In this document: one piece after another, positions 1 through 13,641 of the stretch
Position numbering within the stretch: position 1 is the stretch's first letter
Layout: every line of letters starts with the position of its first letter
Source: Octopus sinensis
Lineage: Eukaryota
Assembly (NCBI RefSeq): GCF_006345805.1
Contig: NC_043007.1
Span: 21,576,001 to 21,640,000 of the forward strand
Reading direction: 5' to 3'
Length of the DNA stretch: 64,000 nucleotides
Translations under genes and position numbers: made by a program
Notes under the pieces: generated by a model
Seen by the model: only the letters and a program-made list of their open reading frames with translations
The model's database searches: none
What the model was told of the DNA's origin: nothing

Positions 1-415
1 TCCAATTGAACAAACTTATAAAAGCATAAAAATCATTTACGCTTCGCTATTGTTTGTTTCCCTGACAATGATTCTCGCCGATGTATTTTGGTTAATCTGT
101 CTCAGTATCTTTTCGTGTTCCCCTTATTTTTTTTTTTCTGTTTCGAAAAAGCAATCAGCATTACATTGACTGTGTGGGTGGATGGATGTCTCGGATGTTT
201 TCATCTATCCTTGTTTTGTGTCAGCATCTGTAGGAAAAAAATAACGAGCAACACGGGATAGGATGAGCAAACAACTAACGGATAATGAAAACTGGTATTT
301 ATCAGCTTTAGCTGTTTTAAATCGGTATAGATTGGCAACAACCATCATACAGGCAAACCTTTAAATATCATTTTCGGTGTTTGATCACAGAGTCAGCCAC
401 CTACTTAATTTCACT

Positions 416-628
416 ATTACTATTATTATCATCATCATCATCATCATCGTTATCGTTATCATCATCATCATCGTCATCATCGTCATCATCATCATCATTA
501 TCATCGTTATCATTGTCATCATCATCGTTATTATCATCATCATCATCGTTATCATCATCATCGTCATCATCATTATCATCATCGTTATCATCATCATCAT
601 CATCATTATCATCATCATCATCATCATC
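416..628. repeat. Interrupted (ATC/ATT/GTC)n trinucleotide microsatellite
   Basis: Directly visible; source of the poly-I/S/M/D ORFs. Confidence 0.97.
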
Positions 629-1509
629 CCAGATCTGTTTTAAACGAGAATAAATCACGCGCGCCCCCGCGCTTAATTGCGTTAATCCCTTAATGAGAAT
701 TATGTGACAGCTAATACCTTGAAGCTTATTGTTAGTGTTTATAAGTTCTAGAATCTCAACAAATGGATGTATTCTCGCTCACTCAACAGATTTCTCACGT
801 TGGTAGGTGTTTTTTTTTTCTTCCTAATTTCTATTCCTTATTATTAACCACGAGTACTCTGCTCTATCCAAAATCCGTCCCCTATCATAGTTCAGGGCCT
901 CATTGTCTTGGTGATGTTTTTTTATATGAATGTTTTCAAGTTCAGCGAAATAGATGTTAACCTGAAGTTTCGTTGATGACAATATCGTTCAGAAATAGCT
1001 AATTCCGCCATCTCTGTCCCTGACTCTCACCTAATATTTGAACATTTTTCCGCTTTAACTAATACTTGCAGGATTGTTTTATAGCTTTATTTATTGTTTA
1101 GATTACTTATAACCCCCTTACAATTTCTTATATACTCAAAAGGGAACAGGGTTTCTCATATTGCCTGAGTAACTTGCATGTTCAAGAGTTGAGGTTAACT
1201 CAAGACTTCCAGAGAAAGGTTTGGCTGATATTTCTAGCAAGTCGAGCGACTACAGGCAGACTCCCTTCATTGGCTCGTGCTGTTAAAGGGGTGTCATTCT
1301 AAGTTGGTTTTCATTTATTCATATTGTTTGTGGGTTGGAGAGAAACAATAAATGCAGAGAGTAAGCAAGCTGGACATAACTAGGAAGTTCGCATGAATCG
1401 GATGACTAGGTTAAAAGGAAGAGGATCTTACATTAATATTTCTCAGTCTTTTTTGTCCAGTGACCCACTTCGATTTTTCTAAAATGTATGCTGTTTATCA
1501 AAATATAAA

Positions 1510-1730
1510 GCACACGTATCATCGTTTTAACGTCCATTTTTTCATTTCTGCATGGGTGAGACGGATTTTATTGTGACAGATTTTCTACGGTCGGATGCCC
1601 TTCCTGTCGCCAGCCCTCACCTATTTTCAAACAAGGTAATATTTCCCCATAGCTAGACATGAACGACACTGCTTGTACGATGGTGACAATTGTTTTATCG
1701 TTTTACAACTACCACACGATGTCAAGACAA
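1510..1730 (-). mobile_element. C-related RTE-tailed element (divergent subfamily)
   Basis: CATCG..AACGTCC tail and GGATGCCCTTCCTG core; matching copy on + at about 51300-51590. Confidence 0.6.
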
Positions 1731-1750
1731 GGACACATCAACATCTAAAC

Positions 1751-1939
1751 CAGGAATGGGCAACTTTTCGTCAAGTGGGGGCCGCATCGTACCGTTTCTA
1801 AGTGGGAGAGGGCCGCATGCATGAAATATTACTTGCCCACTTTACACTGAATTTTTTGCAGTTCTTCTTAATTTTATTTGTCTTAGAATGAAATTAGTAA
1901 CCTAGAAATTCGTCGAGGGCCGCAGGTTACCCATGCATG
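1751..1939. mobile_element. hAT-type MITE
   Basis: Ends CAGGAATGGGCAAC / GTTACCCATGCATG; perfect 8-bp TSD ATCTAAAC at 1743-1750 and 1940-1947. Confidence 0.8.
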
Positions 1940-2058
1940 ATCTAAACACTCACGCGTACGACGAGCTTCCTTTCAGTTTCCGTCAACCAAATCCACTTAC
2001 CCAAAGTGGCACGCTGTGGGACTAAACCCTATTAGAAAGATATATAAACCTCTGTTCT

Positions 2059-2231
2059 GTTGTGTCTGGGGAGAATCATTTTCTTTTTGTGCCTTATAAT
2101 GTAAAACACTCACCTGTAAAATTTCCACTTATTTCTTATTTTTATTTTCCTAAAATAAGAAATAAGTGGAAATTTTACTGGTGAGTGTGTTAAATTATTA
2201 GGCACAAAAAGAAAATGACTCCAGACACAAC
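2059..2231. repeat. Foldback (long inverted repeat)
   Basis: Arms of about 85 nt GTTGTGTCTGG...CTTATTTT / AAAATAAG...CCAGACACAAC around a short loop. Confidence 0.85.
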
Positions 2232-3280
2232 AAAATATGCTTCAACACACGAACTCATATGAAGAATCTTACAGACCAAATCCAAAAACGAAATATAAAT
2301 CTTTATTGGTTCACCAGAAGTGATTAATTACAGGGCTCGATACAAACGCAGAATATTCTTTAATGCATTATGACTGTACACGTACACACACACACACATA
2401 AGCAGCTTAATTAACACTATTGCAAATCTAATTATTCATTTGTTACACCTCATTCTGAAGTAACTGATAACTCAAAAAATTACGCCATGCTCTGCTTTGG
2501 GGAAACGCTGCCTTACACAATCGTGTGTTTAGGGAAGATTGTCATTAGAGGTTTCTTAATAAGATAAATTTCCCTTTACCGGAATATAAGGATCTTTTCG
2601 GTTTGACCGGCAGATTTTTGAAATAATTTAACCCTAAAGCAGTGGTTCCCAAACTTTTAGGGGCTGCTGTCCCCTTGGCACGCAGGCGATATTCCTAGTT
2701 CTCCATCACCGCCTCCAAAAACACAGAACCACTTTCTGCAATAAATTCAAAACAACTGTATTTCACAAATAAAACTTAGGTATAATTAATCCATTATTCA
2801 GCCCAAAGGTTGTGGCCATGAAAAGAAAGAAAAGAAAGAAAAAAGTGCTGTGCGATCCAAGAATCGAAGCGTTCACCGTAAGATCGCAACAAGGCCAGAC
2901 GTCTTAAAATACGTATTTTGTAAGATAAAAAGTCTTCAGTTATTTGTTTTCTCACCAGCTAAGTTACGCGTAGCAGACGTTTTAGGCGTATCTCATCTTT
3001 GTGGAGCCATCATCTTCTTCGTATATCTCTACAACACAACCAAGTGGGAATTTGATTTTCAGACCTTGCAACTGAGAAGGCTACTCAAACAATGTCGTAT
3101 TTTAATCAAAGCTAAATTTAAAAGTTTCAACCAAAAATAGTCTAAGTTTTTGTTGTTTTTATTGCGTTTTTTTTTTTTCGTTTCACTTTTTGTTTTTCCT
3201 CCGTCGAAATTTATTAGTTGAGATTGTGTCTGTGACTGGAATAAATGCCTCGGGCTGTTCGTTCGATGGTTTAATAATTA

Positions 3281-3625
3281 CTAGCAGTATCGCCCGGCGT
3301 TGCTCGGATTTGTAAGGGAAATAACTATAAAGCATTTTTAGAGAGTTATAGCCAAAAAATAGCAAGAAAAAATGATGGTAAAAGTTAAAAAGGTCGAGTT
3401 GCGTCCCCTAGACAGTCTGTGGTTTGTGTTTCTGATTCTCGACCCCATGTCGAATTTATCGATTTTTTTCAGAACTGGGGGAACTTTTCAAAATTTTCGC
3501 TGCGTTAGTTTTGAATTATGACATTGGGCTATGTGTGTGTCAAGTTTCATCAGAATCGGTTGAAAGCCGTGGTCAGGGTGAGGGTACAACCTGACAAACT
3601 GCCGTTTATATATAGAGAGAAGAGA
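3281..3625 (-). mobile_element. Non-autonomous Helitron-like element
   Basis: Minus strand starts TC..TATATATAAA, ends with GC-rich CCGAGCAACGCCGGGC followed by CTAG; inserted between A and T without TSD. Confidence 0.75.
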
Positions 3626-3707
3626 TGATGGCTTGCCTGATTAATTACAAACTCAAACTTTTGAAGAGAAAAGATGCAGTTGATTGAATTAAAATTATTA
3701 ATATATT

Positions 3708-4615
3708 AATAAGGCAACGAACTGGTAGAGTCTTTAGGAGGCCGGGCGAAAAAACAGCATTTCTTCCGCCTTTGCGTTTTGAGTTTAAATGCCGTCGAGA
3801 TCGACATTGCATTTCGTCTTTTCGGGGCCGATGACGTAAATGCCTGTTGAGCACTGAGATCGTTGTAATCAACTAAGCCCCTACCTGCCAGAATTTCAGC
3901 CCTTATTGCCTGTGATAGAAAGAATTATTATTATTGAGGCAACTAGCTGGCAGAATCGTTAGCACACCGGACGAAATGCTTATCGGTATTTCGTCTGCCG
4001 CTACGTTCTGAGTTCAAATTCCGCCGAGGTCGACTTTGCCTTTCATCCTTTCGGGGTCGATTAAATAAGTACCAGTTTTGCACTGGAGTCGATGTAATCG
4101 ACTTAATCCCTTTGTCCCCTCTATGTTTAGCCCCTTGTGGGTAGTAAAGAAATAAGAATCGTTAGCACCCCGGACTAAATTCTTAGCGGCATTTCTTCCG
4201 GCTCTACGTTCTGCATTAAAATGCCGCCATAAAGTACCAGTCATGTACTAGGGTCGAGATATCAAACTAACCCCTCTCCCTATATTTACTGGCTTTGTGC
4301 CAATTTTGCAAAGGATTATCGTGAGCGGGAAGAATGCTTAGCGGTGTTTCTTCCTGTTCTTTACATCCGAACGCAAATCCTGCTGCGGTCAGCTTCGCCT
4401 GTCATCCTTTCAGGGTCGATAAAATAAAGTACCTGTTTAGAGCACTGGGGTCGACGTATTCGACCCCCATTCCCTAAAAATTACTGGTTTTCTGTCAATA
4501 TCTGGAAGCATTATTATTGATAAGGCGGCAAGCTAGCATAATCGTTAGCACGCCTGGCGGTAATTCCACCATCTTCTCGTTCTGAGTTCAAATTCCGCCG
4601 TAGTCGACTTAGCCT
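3708..4615 (+). mobile_element. Head-to-tail chain of about five family-B SINE copies
   Basis: Repeated GAGCTGGCAGAATCGTTAGCA head, GAGTTCAAATTC B-box-like motif and GCCTTTCATCCTTTCGGGGTCGATAAA body. Confidence 0.85.
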
Positions 4616-5321
4616 TGAGCATAATCCTATGAACCCGGAAAAATTAAAAACAGAGGGTTACTTACTTGCAAACAAATATGTTAACATGTGACATTATTGA
4701 CTGAGGTTACCGTGGTCTTTTCCGTAGGCTTTTCTTCCCGCGGATAAACCTTATCTGCTTCCCCTCTTTACACTTTACATCATGATATTTCTGTGATACA
4801 CGATCCCTATTGATCGTTTTGTCCCCCCCCCCCTTTTACGATCCCTTTGATCGAAAACCTACCCCACTTTTTTTTCTCCCCCAAAATAAAAGCTCTACTT
4901 TGTAATCTGTCCCGTCTGTGTGCAGCCCTGTGTGGCTAATAAAGAAACATATCCTTTTGGGGTCGACAAAAGAAATACCAGTTGAACCTTGGGAAGGATG
5001 TTATCGACTTACACCCCACCCCAACAAAATTTGAGGCCTTGTCCTTATAGTAGAAGGACTTATTAATTATAATTGATACTTCATTTAACGAATTAGTGGG
5101 TATAAAAAGCACTGCCGACTTCAGTTGGGTTCGAACCTACAACAACAACAGTGAAGGTGTTGGATGATTTAAAAACATCCAGTTCCGTCATCATTTTATC
5201 ACTTTACAACAAACAAACGTAAGTTATAGGAAATTAACTTTCGGATTGCAACGTTAGGTAGTTGACATACTTCTCTTTGTACTTTCTTTTCTTTCGCTCA
5301 GAGTGTCTCAGATGTATATGT

Positions 5322-5508
<187 letters not shown>

Positions 5509-6043
5509 CTGTATCAATGCATGTATGTCTTATTGTATTTTATAGTTTCTTTGTAGCTTCTTGTTGCCTTTCACTGATTCTTTTGTTGTAATTATGTTGG
5601 ATGCTTTTATATGTCTGTCTAGGACGTCTATGTGACAGACGTTCCTCTCCTTTTATTTTTCTTCTTGTTTCCTTTTTTACAGTCTAGCTTAGTTATTATT
5701 ACTTCTACATGCCGTCTACATCTCTTGCATTCTTCCTTTTACATTCCATAATCAGCTAAAATTCACTCTCCACTAACAAGCCAGTGTGTGCGCCTGTCTG
5801 TGTGAATGTAATATGAATGAATGAATGACAGTGACATATTTGTGTTCGCTTTTGTGCATGTCTTGTATATGAAACATGAAATTAAGATGTACATACGTTA
5901 AAATACTTGCCAGTGTGCGAGCATTGCTATAATATATAGTGTTTGTAATTGCTTGGTAATTTGTCAGTCTAATGGGACATTAGCAAATAGCCTTCAAAAG
6001 TAAGGCAAATATCAAACTTGTGGCCGTTCACTTTCAATAACCG

Positions 6044-6103
<60 letters not shown>

Positions 6104-6275
6104 TTAAATTTAATTGCCAAAATATTTTCGTCGTTGCTTTGAGACCGCGACCTGTTCACTGACAAAATTCCACGCTGCAATTGTTTTCGTTCCAGCGCAC
6201 GGTCTCAGATCAGGTCACTTGCTATGCAAGTACATCTCCGTAATATATACATACACACATATATATATATATATC

Positions 6276-6509
6276 ATGAGTTGGTGCATAATTATTGCAG
6301 CATTTTTTCAACAATAACAATATTTAACAAAAACAGTTTTGAATGATGGTCTGACCGTCTGCCAAGCAAATGGGAAGCAGTAATTGAAGTAGATGGTGAA
6401 TATGCTCCGGAATAATCATTTAAAGATGTTTTTGTTAAATATTGTTATTATTGATTTCGTTTAATAAAATTTGTTGAAAAAAGGCCGCAATAATTATGCA
6501 CCAACCCAA
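6276..6509 (+). mobile_element. Internally deleted mariner derivative (MITE)
   Basis: About 35-bp TIRs TTGGGTTGGTGCATAATTATTGCGGC..; retains DRLPSKWEAVIEVDGEYAPE* (6353-6415), resembling mariner transposase C-termini. Confidence 0.8.
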
Positions 6510-6842
6510 TATATGTATGTATATTAGCATCTTTCTAAAGTGTAATTTTTATTTTAAAACCCATGGTGTCATCTTTGAACGAAACACATTGTCTGATAGC
6601 CACTTGCATAGCCACAGGATCATTCATTAAGCGTTAGAAGATAAAAATTTAAATCTCGTATACGCAATGAGGCAGTTTTAATCCTTTTCCTGTTCAAGGC
6701 ATTTTTCAAACGTGTCTTAAACCCCCGTGGTTTGTCTTTAGATTTTTAGTTAGCCCCATTGTCATATGGTCTAAGTAATATAAAGCTTTCCAAAGTTCCA
6801 GTTACTGTAATGGCTGAAAAAAAAATTGGAATATGTATCATA

Positions 6843-7248
6843 GGCGCAGGAGTGGCTGTGTGGTAAGTAGCTTGCTAACCAGCCACATGGTTCTGGGTTC
6901 AGTCCCACTGCATGGCATCTTGGGCAAGTGTCTTCTGCTATAGCCTCGGCCGACCAAAGCCTTGTGAGTGGATTTGGTAGACGGAAACTGAAAGAAGCCT
7001 ATCGTGTATATATATATATATATGTGTGTGTTGTGTTTGTGTGTCTGTGTTTGTCCCCCTAGCATTGCTTGACAACCGATGCTGGTGTGTTTACGTCCCC
7101 GTCACTTAGCGGTTCGGCAAAAGAGACCGATAGAATAAGTACGAGGCTTACAAAGAATAAGTCCCGGGGTCGAATTGCTCGACTAAAGGCGGTGCTCCAG
7201 CATGGCCGCAGTCAAATGACTGAAACAAGTAAAAGAGTGAAAAGAGGT
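6843..7248 (+). mobile_element. Family-A tRNA-derived SINE, full length
   Basis: A-box-like TGGCTGTGTGG, B-box-like GGTTCAGTCCC, CORE-like CCTTGGGCAAGT, internal (TA)(TG) tract, GAAACAAGTAAAAGAG tail; many copies in window. Confidence 0.9.
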
Positions 7249-7392
7249 TATAAAGCATAGACACCAAGGAAATATGTCCTCTGTCTCACAAATGAGACAC
7301 ATGACAGACAAAGGGTTAAATTAAACAGCCATCAGTGTATCTCATTCATAAGATATACCCAACGTTGATAGGTCAGTTATTGCGGTATTTGT

Positions 7393-7675
7393 CATGGCTC
7401 AGTGGTTAGGGGCATTCGGCTCATGATTGTAAGGTCGTGAGTTCAATTCCCGTTGTATCCTTGAGCAAGACACTTTATTTCACGTTGCTCCAGTCCACTC
7501 AGCTGGCAAAAATGAGTTGTACCTGTACTTAAAAGGGCCAGCTTTGTCACACACTGTATCACACTGAATCTCTCCGAGAACTACGTTAAGGGTACACGTG
7601 TCTGCGGAGTGCTCAGCCACTGTTCCGTTGATCGTATCAGCTGGGACCCTCGTCGTCGTAACCGACGGAGTGCTC
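7393..7675 (+). mobile_element. Family-H tRNA/CORE-like SINE
   Basis: GGCTCAGTGGTTAGGG head, GAGTTCAATTCCC, CTTGAGCAAGACACTTTATTTCAC; homologous to 48232-49170. Confidence 0.8.
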
Positions 7676-8461
7676 TCCTGTCATGGGATAACATCTATGG
7701 ACTTGCTAAGTTAAAAATAGAATAAATATTGGAAGGAGACAAAATTTTTTTTTAAATCATCTCAGCAGCGAGATACATCTCAAGCTTTTTCAATGACTTG
7801 TACTTGCAGCTGCCAAAATAGCTTGGATGAATATTTATCTCCACCTCAAAAACCGTGAATAAAACATTCACTGATGTTGCAAATAGCCGTCTGGCTGAAT
7901 AAAATCCAATATATGCAACTGAGGCTGTATTGAAATAGCCATATACGTATCATACTTAATGTATACGTCATTAATAGGCCAATTACTCTAGTATTCATCA
8001 TGATATAACATCTCTTGTAGGCGTGCTGTTTTAAAAGCACACTGACCAAATGTTATTAAATATTTGTTTTCTCTATTTTGTCCTTTCTAAAAAAACAAAA
8101 CAAACATTGATCTAATTGACGGCGGTGCCTCTTTCATATGGCCTTGGCCATGATGGCTGAAACAAACAAGCTAATTAGGTATATTTTCAGAGACAGTATT
8201 CTTTGTGTACAATGAACAGACCATGAGCAATTGTCAAAATTGTTGATTGTAAGCATGTTCTTTAGTTCCGGGAATGGTGAAAACAGAATTAGTGAGCACA
8301 GCTTTAAAACAGACAACAGAATATTATCTGACCGAAGACAACACTCCTATGTTACCACAGCTGTACATCATCATCTTTTATCTTTTATCATTGCCGTTGT
8401 TGTCGTCATCACCATCATCATCATTGGACATTAAATGATGAGATATATATATATATATATT

Positions 8462-8843
8462 GGCGCAGGAGTGGCTGTGTGGAAGTAGCTTGTTTACCAA
8501 CCACATGGTTCCAGGTTCAGTCCCACTGCGTGGCACCTTGGGCAAGTGTCTTCTACTATAGCCTCGAGCCGACCAAAGCCTTGTGAGTGGATTTGATAGA
8601 CAGAAACTGAAAGAAGCCCGTCGTATATATATATATGTGTGTGCATGTCTGTGTTTGTTCCCCTAGCATTGCTTGACAACCGATGCTGGTGTGTTTACAT
8701 CCCCATCACTTAGCAGTTCGGCAAAAGAGACCAATCCTGGGCTTACAAAGAATAAGTCCCGGGGTCGATTTGCTCGACTAAAGGCGGTGCTCCAGCATGG
8801 CCGCAGTCAAATGACTGAAACAAGTAAAAGAGAGAGTAAAGAG
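8462..8843 (+). mobile_element. Family-A SINE
   Basis: Aligns to 6843-7248. Confidence 0.9.
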
Positions 8844-8864
8844 TATATATATATATATATCATC

Positions 8865-9250
8865 ATCATCATCACATCATCATTTACGTCCGCTTTCATG
8901 CTAGCATGGGTTGGACGGTTCAACTGGGTCTGGGGAGCCCGAAAGCTGCACCAGTCCAGTCAGATCTGGCAGGTTTCTACAGCTGGATGCCCTTCCTAAC
9001 GCCAACCACTCCGAGAGTGTAGTTGATGATTTTATGTGCCACCGACACAGGTGCCAGACGAGGCTGGCAAACGGCCACGCTCGGATGGTGTTTTTATGTG
9101 CCAGACGATGGCAGACGGCCACGCTCGGATGGTGTTTTTTATGTGCCACCGACACAGGTGCCAGACGATGGCAGACAGCCACGCTCGGATGGTGTTTTTA
9201 TGTGCCACCGAACAGGTGCCAGACGAGGCTGGCAGACGGCCATCCGGACA
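8865..9250 (-). mobile_element. Family-C RTE-tailed element with internal ~60-bp tandem units
   Basis: (GAT)n tail, GGTTGGCGTTAGGAAGGGCATCCAGCTGTAGAAA core, 3-4 GTGCCACC..GGATGGTG units. Confidence 0.85.
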
Positions 9251-11269
9251 TTAAATGATGATGATGATGATGATATATATTATATATATATATATATATA
9301 TGATATATAATGTATAGATAGATAGATAATACATACACACTAAAGTGTGGCATGGCTTTGGGTTCGGTCCTACTACAAGGCATCATAGGCAGCCATCTTA
9401 CTTGCTGAACTTGGTCAACTGAACAACTCTTGTATATCAACTGACAGAGATTTCAGTGAACCTGTCTGCCATTAACTTATTTTTCTTCAAATAACTGGAA
9501 TCCAGGACATTGTAATCCTTTGTTATATATGAAACTACACAGACTCTCCTCTTTACAGCACCTGTCCTAATTTAAGAGGATAAAGATTGTTTTGCTTCGG
9601 GTCTAGCTTAAACTTAAAAGATGGATAACTTAATGCAGTCTTTCAGCTCTTTGTTTATAAGTTCACAAATGTAATTTTGAACAAAAAATTTATTTGATGA
9701 GATTTCTAATGTTATTTATCCAAAGTTTTCCTTAAAGGAGTAAGTACATTTCTACAATAACGTGTGCGTGTGAACGCATATAATTTATCGTGATTATTGT
9801 CATTGAAATACCTTTTGTTGCTGGCTTAGATTAATTAGACAGGTCAACGTAGTCGTCCATTTGCTCCAGATTCTTTACAAAGCCACATTTGTGGGTGTAG
9901 CATATATTAGTCTTGTGTTTTCTCCGGTAAATCTTAATCTATCTTTCTATTTCACTGACAAGAAGTTTTTGTTTTACAATAGAGAAGAGATGAAAATCTT
10001 TGATGTATATAAAGATATATGTGTGTGTATGTGTGTATATATACATACATATATATTATATGTATGTATGTATATGTATATATATATATGTATATGTGTA
10101 TATATATATATGTGTGTGTGTGTATATATATATATGTTTATATATGTATGTATATATATATGTGTGTGTGTGTCTTTGTTCTGTGTTCGTCCCCCACCAC
10201 TTCTCGACAACTACTGTTGGTGTGTCCCTGTAACTTAGCTGTTTGGCAAAAAGAAACTGATAGAATAAGTACCAGGCTTTTAAAAAAAAACAAATCCTGG
10301 GATCAATTCGTTTGACTAAAAATTTGTCAAGGTAGTGCTCCAGCATGGCCACAGTCTAATGACTGAGACAAATAAAAGATAAAAGATATATATATTGTGT
10401 GTGGGGGAAATTATGAGGAAGTCCATTTTATATATATATATATACTGAAACAAGTAAAAGAGTAAAAAAGTGTGTGTATATATATATATAACCCCACAAA
10501 AACAAGGTGAAAAATGTAAATGTATTAGGTTTATGCCCAGGAAAAATAGAAAGAAAAGTTTTTTATATTTCAAGCATATGCTCATGTACAGAGAGAAAAG
10601 GAAAATGTGTCTTAATTAGACAATCACTGCATGCTGGAATGACCATGTATGTATAGTGTGTACGTTTGTGTGTGTGTGTAGATTTTAGTGTTTGTCCTAC
10701 CACTACTTAGCAACTGGTGTTTGTTTGTTTACATGCCTATGACTTAACAGTTTGCCAAGAGAGATGGATAGAATAAGTGCCAGACTTAACGAAGTACTGA
10801 GGTTGATTTTTTTTTTTTTTTTTTTTTTTTTTACCTTGCAACTGGAATTTTTCAAGCAGTGCCCCCAGAACCGTCACAGTCCACTGGCTGAAACAAGTGA
10901 AAGATTAATGGTGTAATCTTCTTTGCTCACATGCCTCTGTCACACAATTACTAAATTAACCCTTGCTTCTACCCCAAATTTTTTACATCTGTTTCTTGAA
11001 TTAACCTGAGTAACTTCCACACCAAAATGTCTCATTAAGTTGTCAGTGTTAATAATATGAACCTAATTTTGGCCAATATATTATATAACCTCTTGATCTC
11101 ATATTACACAAATCAATATTTTCAATCATTAATTAATGCTTCAGGAATCTGGTTGTAAGATGTTAAAAGCAAATATATTAAATGCATCAGTATTCATAGA
11201 TTACAAAACTAACACCAGACAATATTCTGTGTCATTGTTACCTTGTCTCTCTATTCTCTCTCTTCATCT

Positions 11270-11392
11270 GTATATCTATCTATTTATCTGTCTATTTATC
11301 TGTACATCTATCCATCTATCTATCTATCTATCTATCTCTATCTATCTGTACATCTATCTCTCTATCCATCTATCTATTTATCTGTCTGTCTA

Positions 11393-11427
<35 letters not shown>

Positions 11428-11490
11428 ATCTATTTATCTGTCTATCTATCTGTCTACCTATCTATCTGTTTATCTATGTATGTATGTATG

Positions 11491-11535
<45 letters not shown>

Positions 11536-11670
11536 CTGTCTGTTTGTCTGTCAGTATATCTATCTATCGGTCGATTGATCTAACTAGTTACCTGTCTATC
11601 TATCTACCTACCTACCTGTGTGTGTATCTATCTTACTCTCTCTCTTTCTCTCTCTCTCACACACACACAC
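11270..11670. repeat. (TATC)n/(TGTC)n compound microsatellite
   Basis: Directly visible; source of the 216-aa pseudo-ORF. Confidence 0.95.
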
Positions 11671-11834
11671 ACTGTTTTAATGTACAGTTTCATTCACTTG
11701 CATGGGTCAGACAAATTTCATTGAGGCAGATTTGGTATATCAGGATCCTCTCTCTTATCTCCAACCCTCAACTGTTCCCAAGTTAGATAACATTTCAATG
11801 AAGGTAGCAAACAAACGACACCACTTGCCTGATG

Positions 11835-12720
11835 GGCTATAGTAGAAGACACTTGCCCAAGGTGCCACATACTGGGATTGATCCCAAAACCACAAGGTTA
11901 CACAGCAAGCTCCTTAACCACATGCCTATGCCTATGTGAATATTGGTTTCAGATTTTGGCACAAGGCCAGCAATTTCAGAGGGGGGTAAGTTGATTACAT
12001 CAACCCCAGCATCGGTTGTCAAGCGAGGTGGGGGGGGGGGGGGAAACACACATACATATATATGACGGGCTTCTTTCAGTTTCCATCTACCAAATCCAAT
12101 CACAAGGCTTTGATTGGCCCGAGGCTATTGTTGAAGATACATGCCCAAGGTGCCATGCGTGGGACTGAAACCGGAACCATGTGGTTGGTAAGCAAGCTAC
12201 TTACCACACAGCCACTCCTATGCCTATATGCTAAGAATTCTGCCAGCTCACCACCTTAATGTGAATAAATATTGGTTTTTGTATTTTATCACAAGGCCAG
12301 CCTTTTCAAAGGAGTGGAATAGTTAATTTCATCGAACCCCTCCTCCTCCCCTCATGCATAACTAGTACTTATTTTACTGACCCCGAAAAGATGAAAGGCT
12401 AAGTCAACCCCATCAGGATTTGAACTCGGTACATAAAGATGGGTGTAATGTCACTAAGCATTTTTGTCGGATGTGTTAATGATTCTGCCAGCTCGCTGTG
12501 AATAAATATGAATTCTAAATTTTAGCACAAGGCCAGCCTTTTTGGGAGATGGTGGGGCTAGTCAGTTACATTGAACCCAATACGTAACTGGTACTTATTT
12601 TATCGACCCCACCAAAAGGATGAAAGGCAAAGTCGACTTTAGCAGAATTTGAACTCAGAATGTAAAGACAGGCAAAATGCAGTGAACCATTTTGCCCTGC
12701 ATGCTAATGATTCCACCAGC
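11835..12720 (-). mobile_element. Cluster of family-A and family-B fragments
   Basis: Reverse-complement matches to A heads and B bodies. Confidence 0.75.
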
Positions 12721-13336
12721 TTGCTCCCTTAATGTCAATAAATATTGAAAAGGTTTTAGATTGTACAACCCACACATATGCTAATCAGAATGCATATTTG
12801 CATATTTATGAGTATGTGTGTGTGTGTGTTTATTGTTGCATATTTTCCTTTCTTTTCTCTCTTTCTTTCTTTCACATTCTACATAATACAAGAATTCAGT
12901 TCCAACCAACAGATGTTTATGTGAGGTTGGCCACTTTTAAAGAAATATTCCATTTTTTATTTCGTTCTTTTACCATTGTCTAAAAACATGTAAAAGAGAA
13001 GAAGAACAAAAAAGACACAAAGCTAATATGACTGCACTAAGGAATGGAATATTTGATCTGAAAGACGCAGTTGTTTATAAATGAAAATGCAAAACATTAA
13101 GGCATGTTTAGTAAAAAGAAGAAGAAGAATCACCCATTCTGCTAGTTTTTTTGAGATGAGAATTGTCTTCTGGTAAAAAGGATTTTTTTTAAAAATCTAT
13201 TCATTATGTTTCTGCACTTCATGAATATTCTTTATAAAATTCCTCAACAAGTCAGTCCTGTTCCATATTCATTGTTCTGAGCTGCAGCAGTATGTAAGAT
13301 ATGTAAAACATGACATGTAAAATTATTATATCTTAC

Positions 13337-13389
<53 letters not shown>

Positions 13390-13579
13390 TGTATGTATAT
13401 GTATACATACATACACACACACACACACACTCTTGGAGTGGTTGGCATCACTAAGGGCATCCAGCTGTAGAAACCTTGCAAATCAGATTGAAACCTAGTT
13501 CAGGTTACCAGTTTTCTGTCAAGCCTATGCCAGCATGGAAAATGGATGTTAGATGATGATGAGGATGGTGGTCATGATA

Positions 13580-13641
<62 letters not shown>

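Noticed and set aside
377-658. Poly-Ile/Ser/Met/Asp ORFs
   Set aside because: Reading frames of an (ATC)n microsatellite; no splice or codon support.
6843-6920. tRNA genes at the heads of families A, B and H
   Set aside because: A/B boxes are present but there is no complete cloverleaf, and they continue into repeat bodies.
7760-7870. Possible terminal exon (QRDTSQAF...PQKP* followed by AATAAA)
   Set aside because: Only about 30 codons, weak acceptor and no homology recognised; compatible with chance.
11136-11786. 216-aa ORF and similar YI/CV-rich ORFs (e.g. 15215, 39285, 52972, 57016)
   Set aside because: Translations of TATC/TA/TACA repeats that simply lack stop codons.
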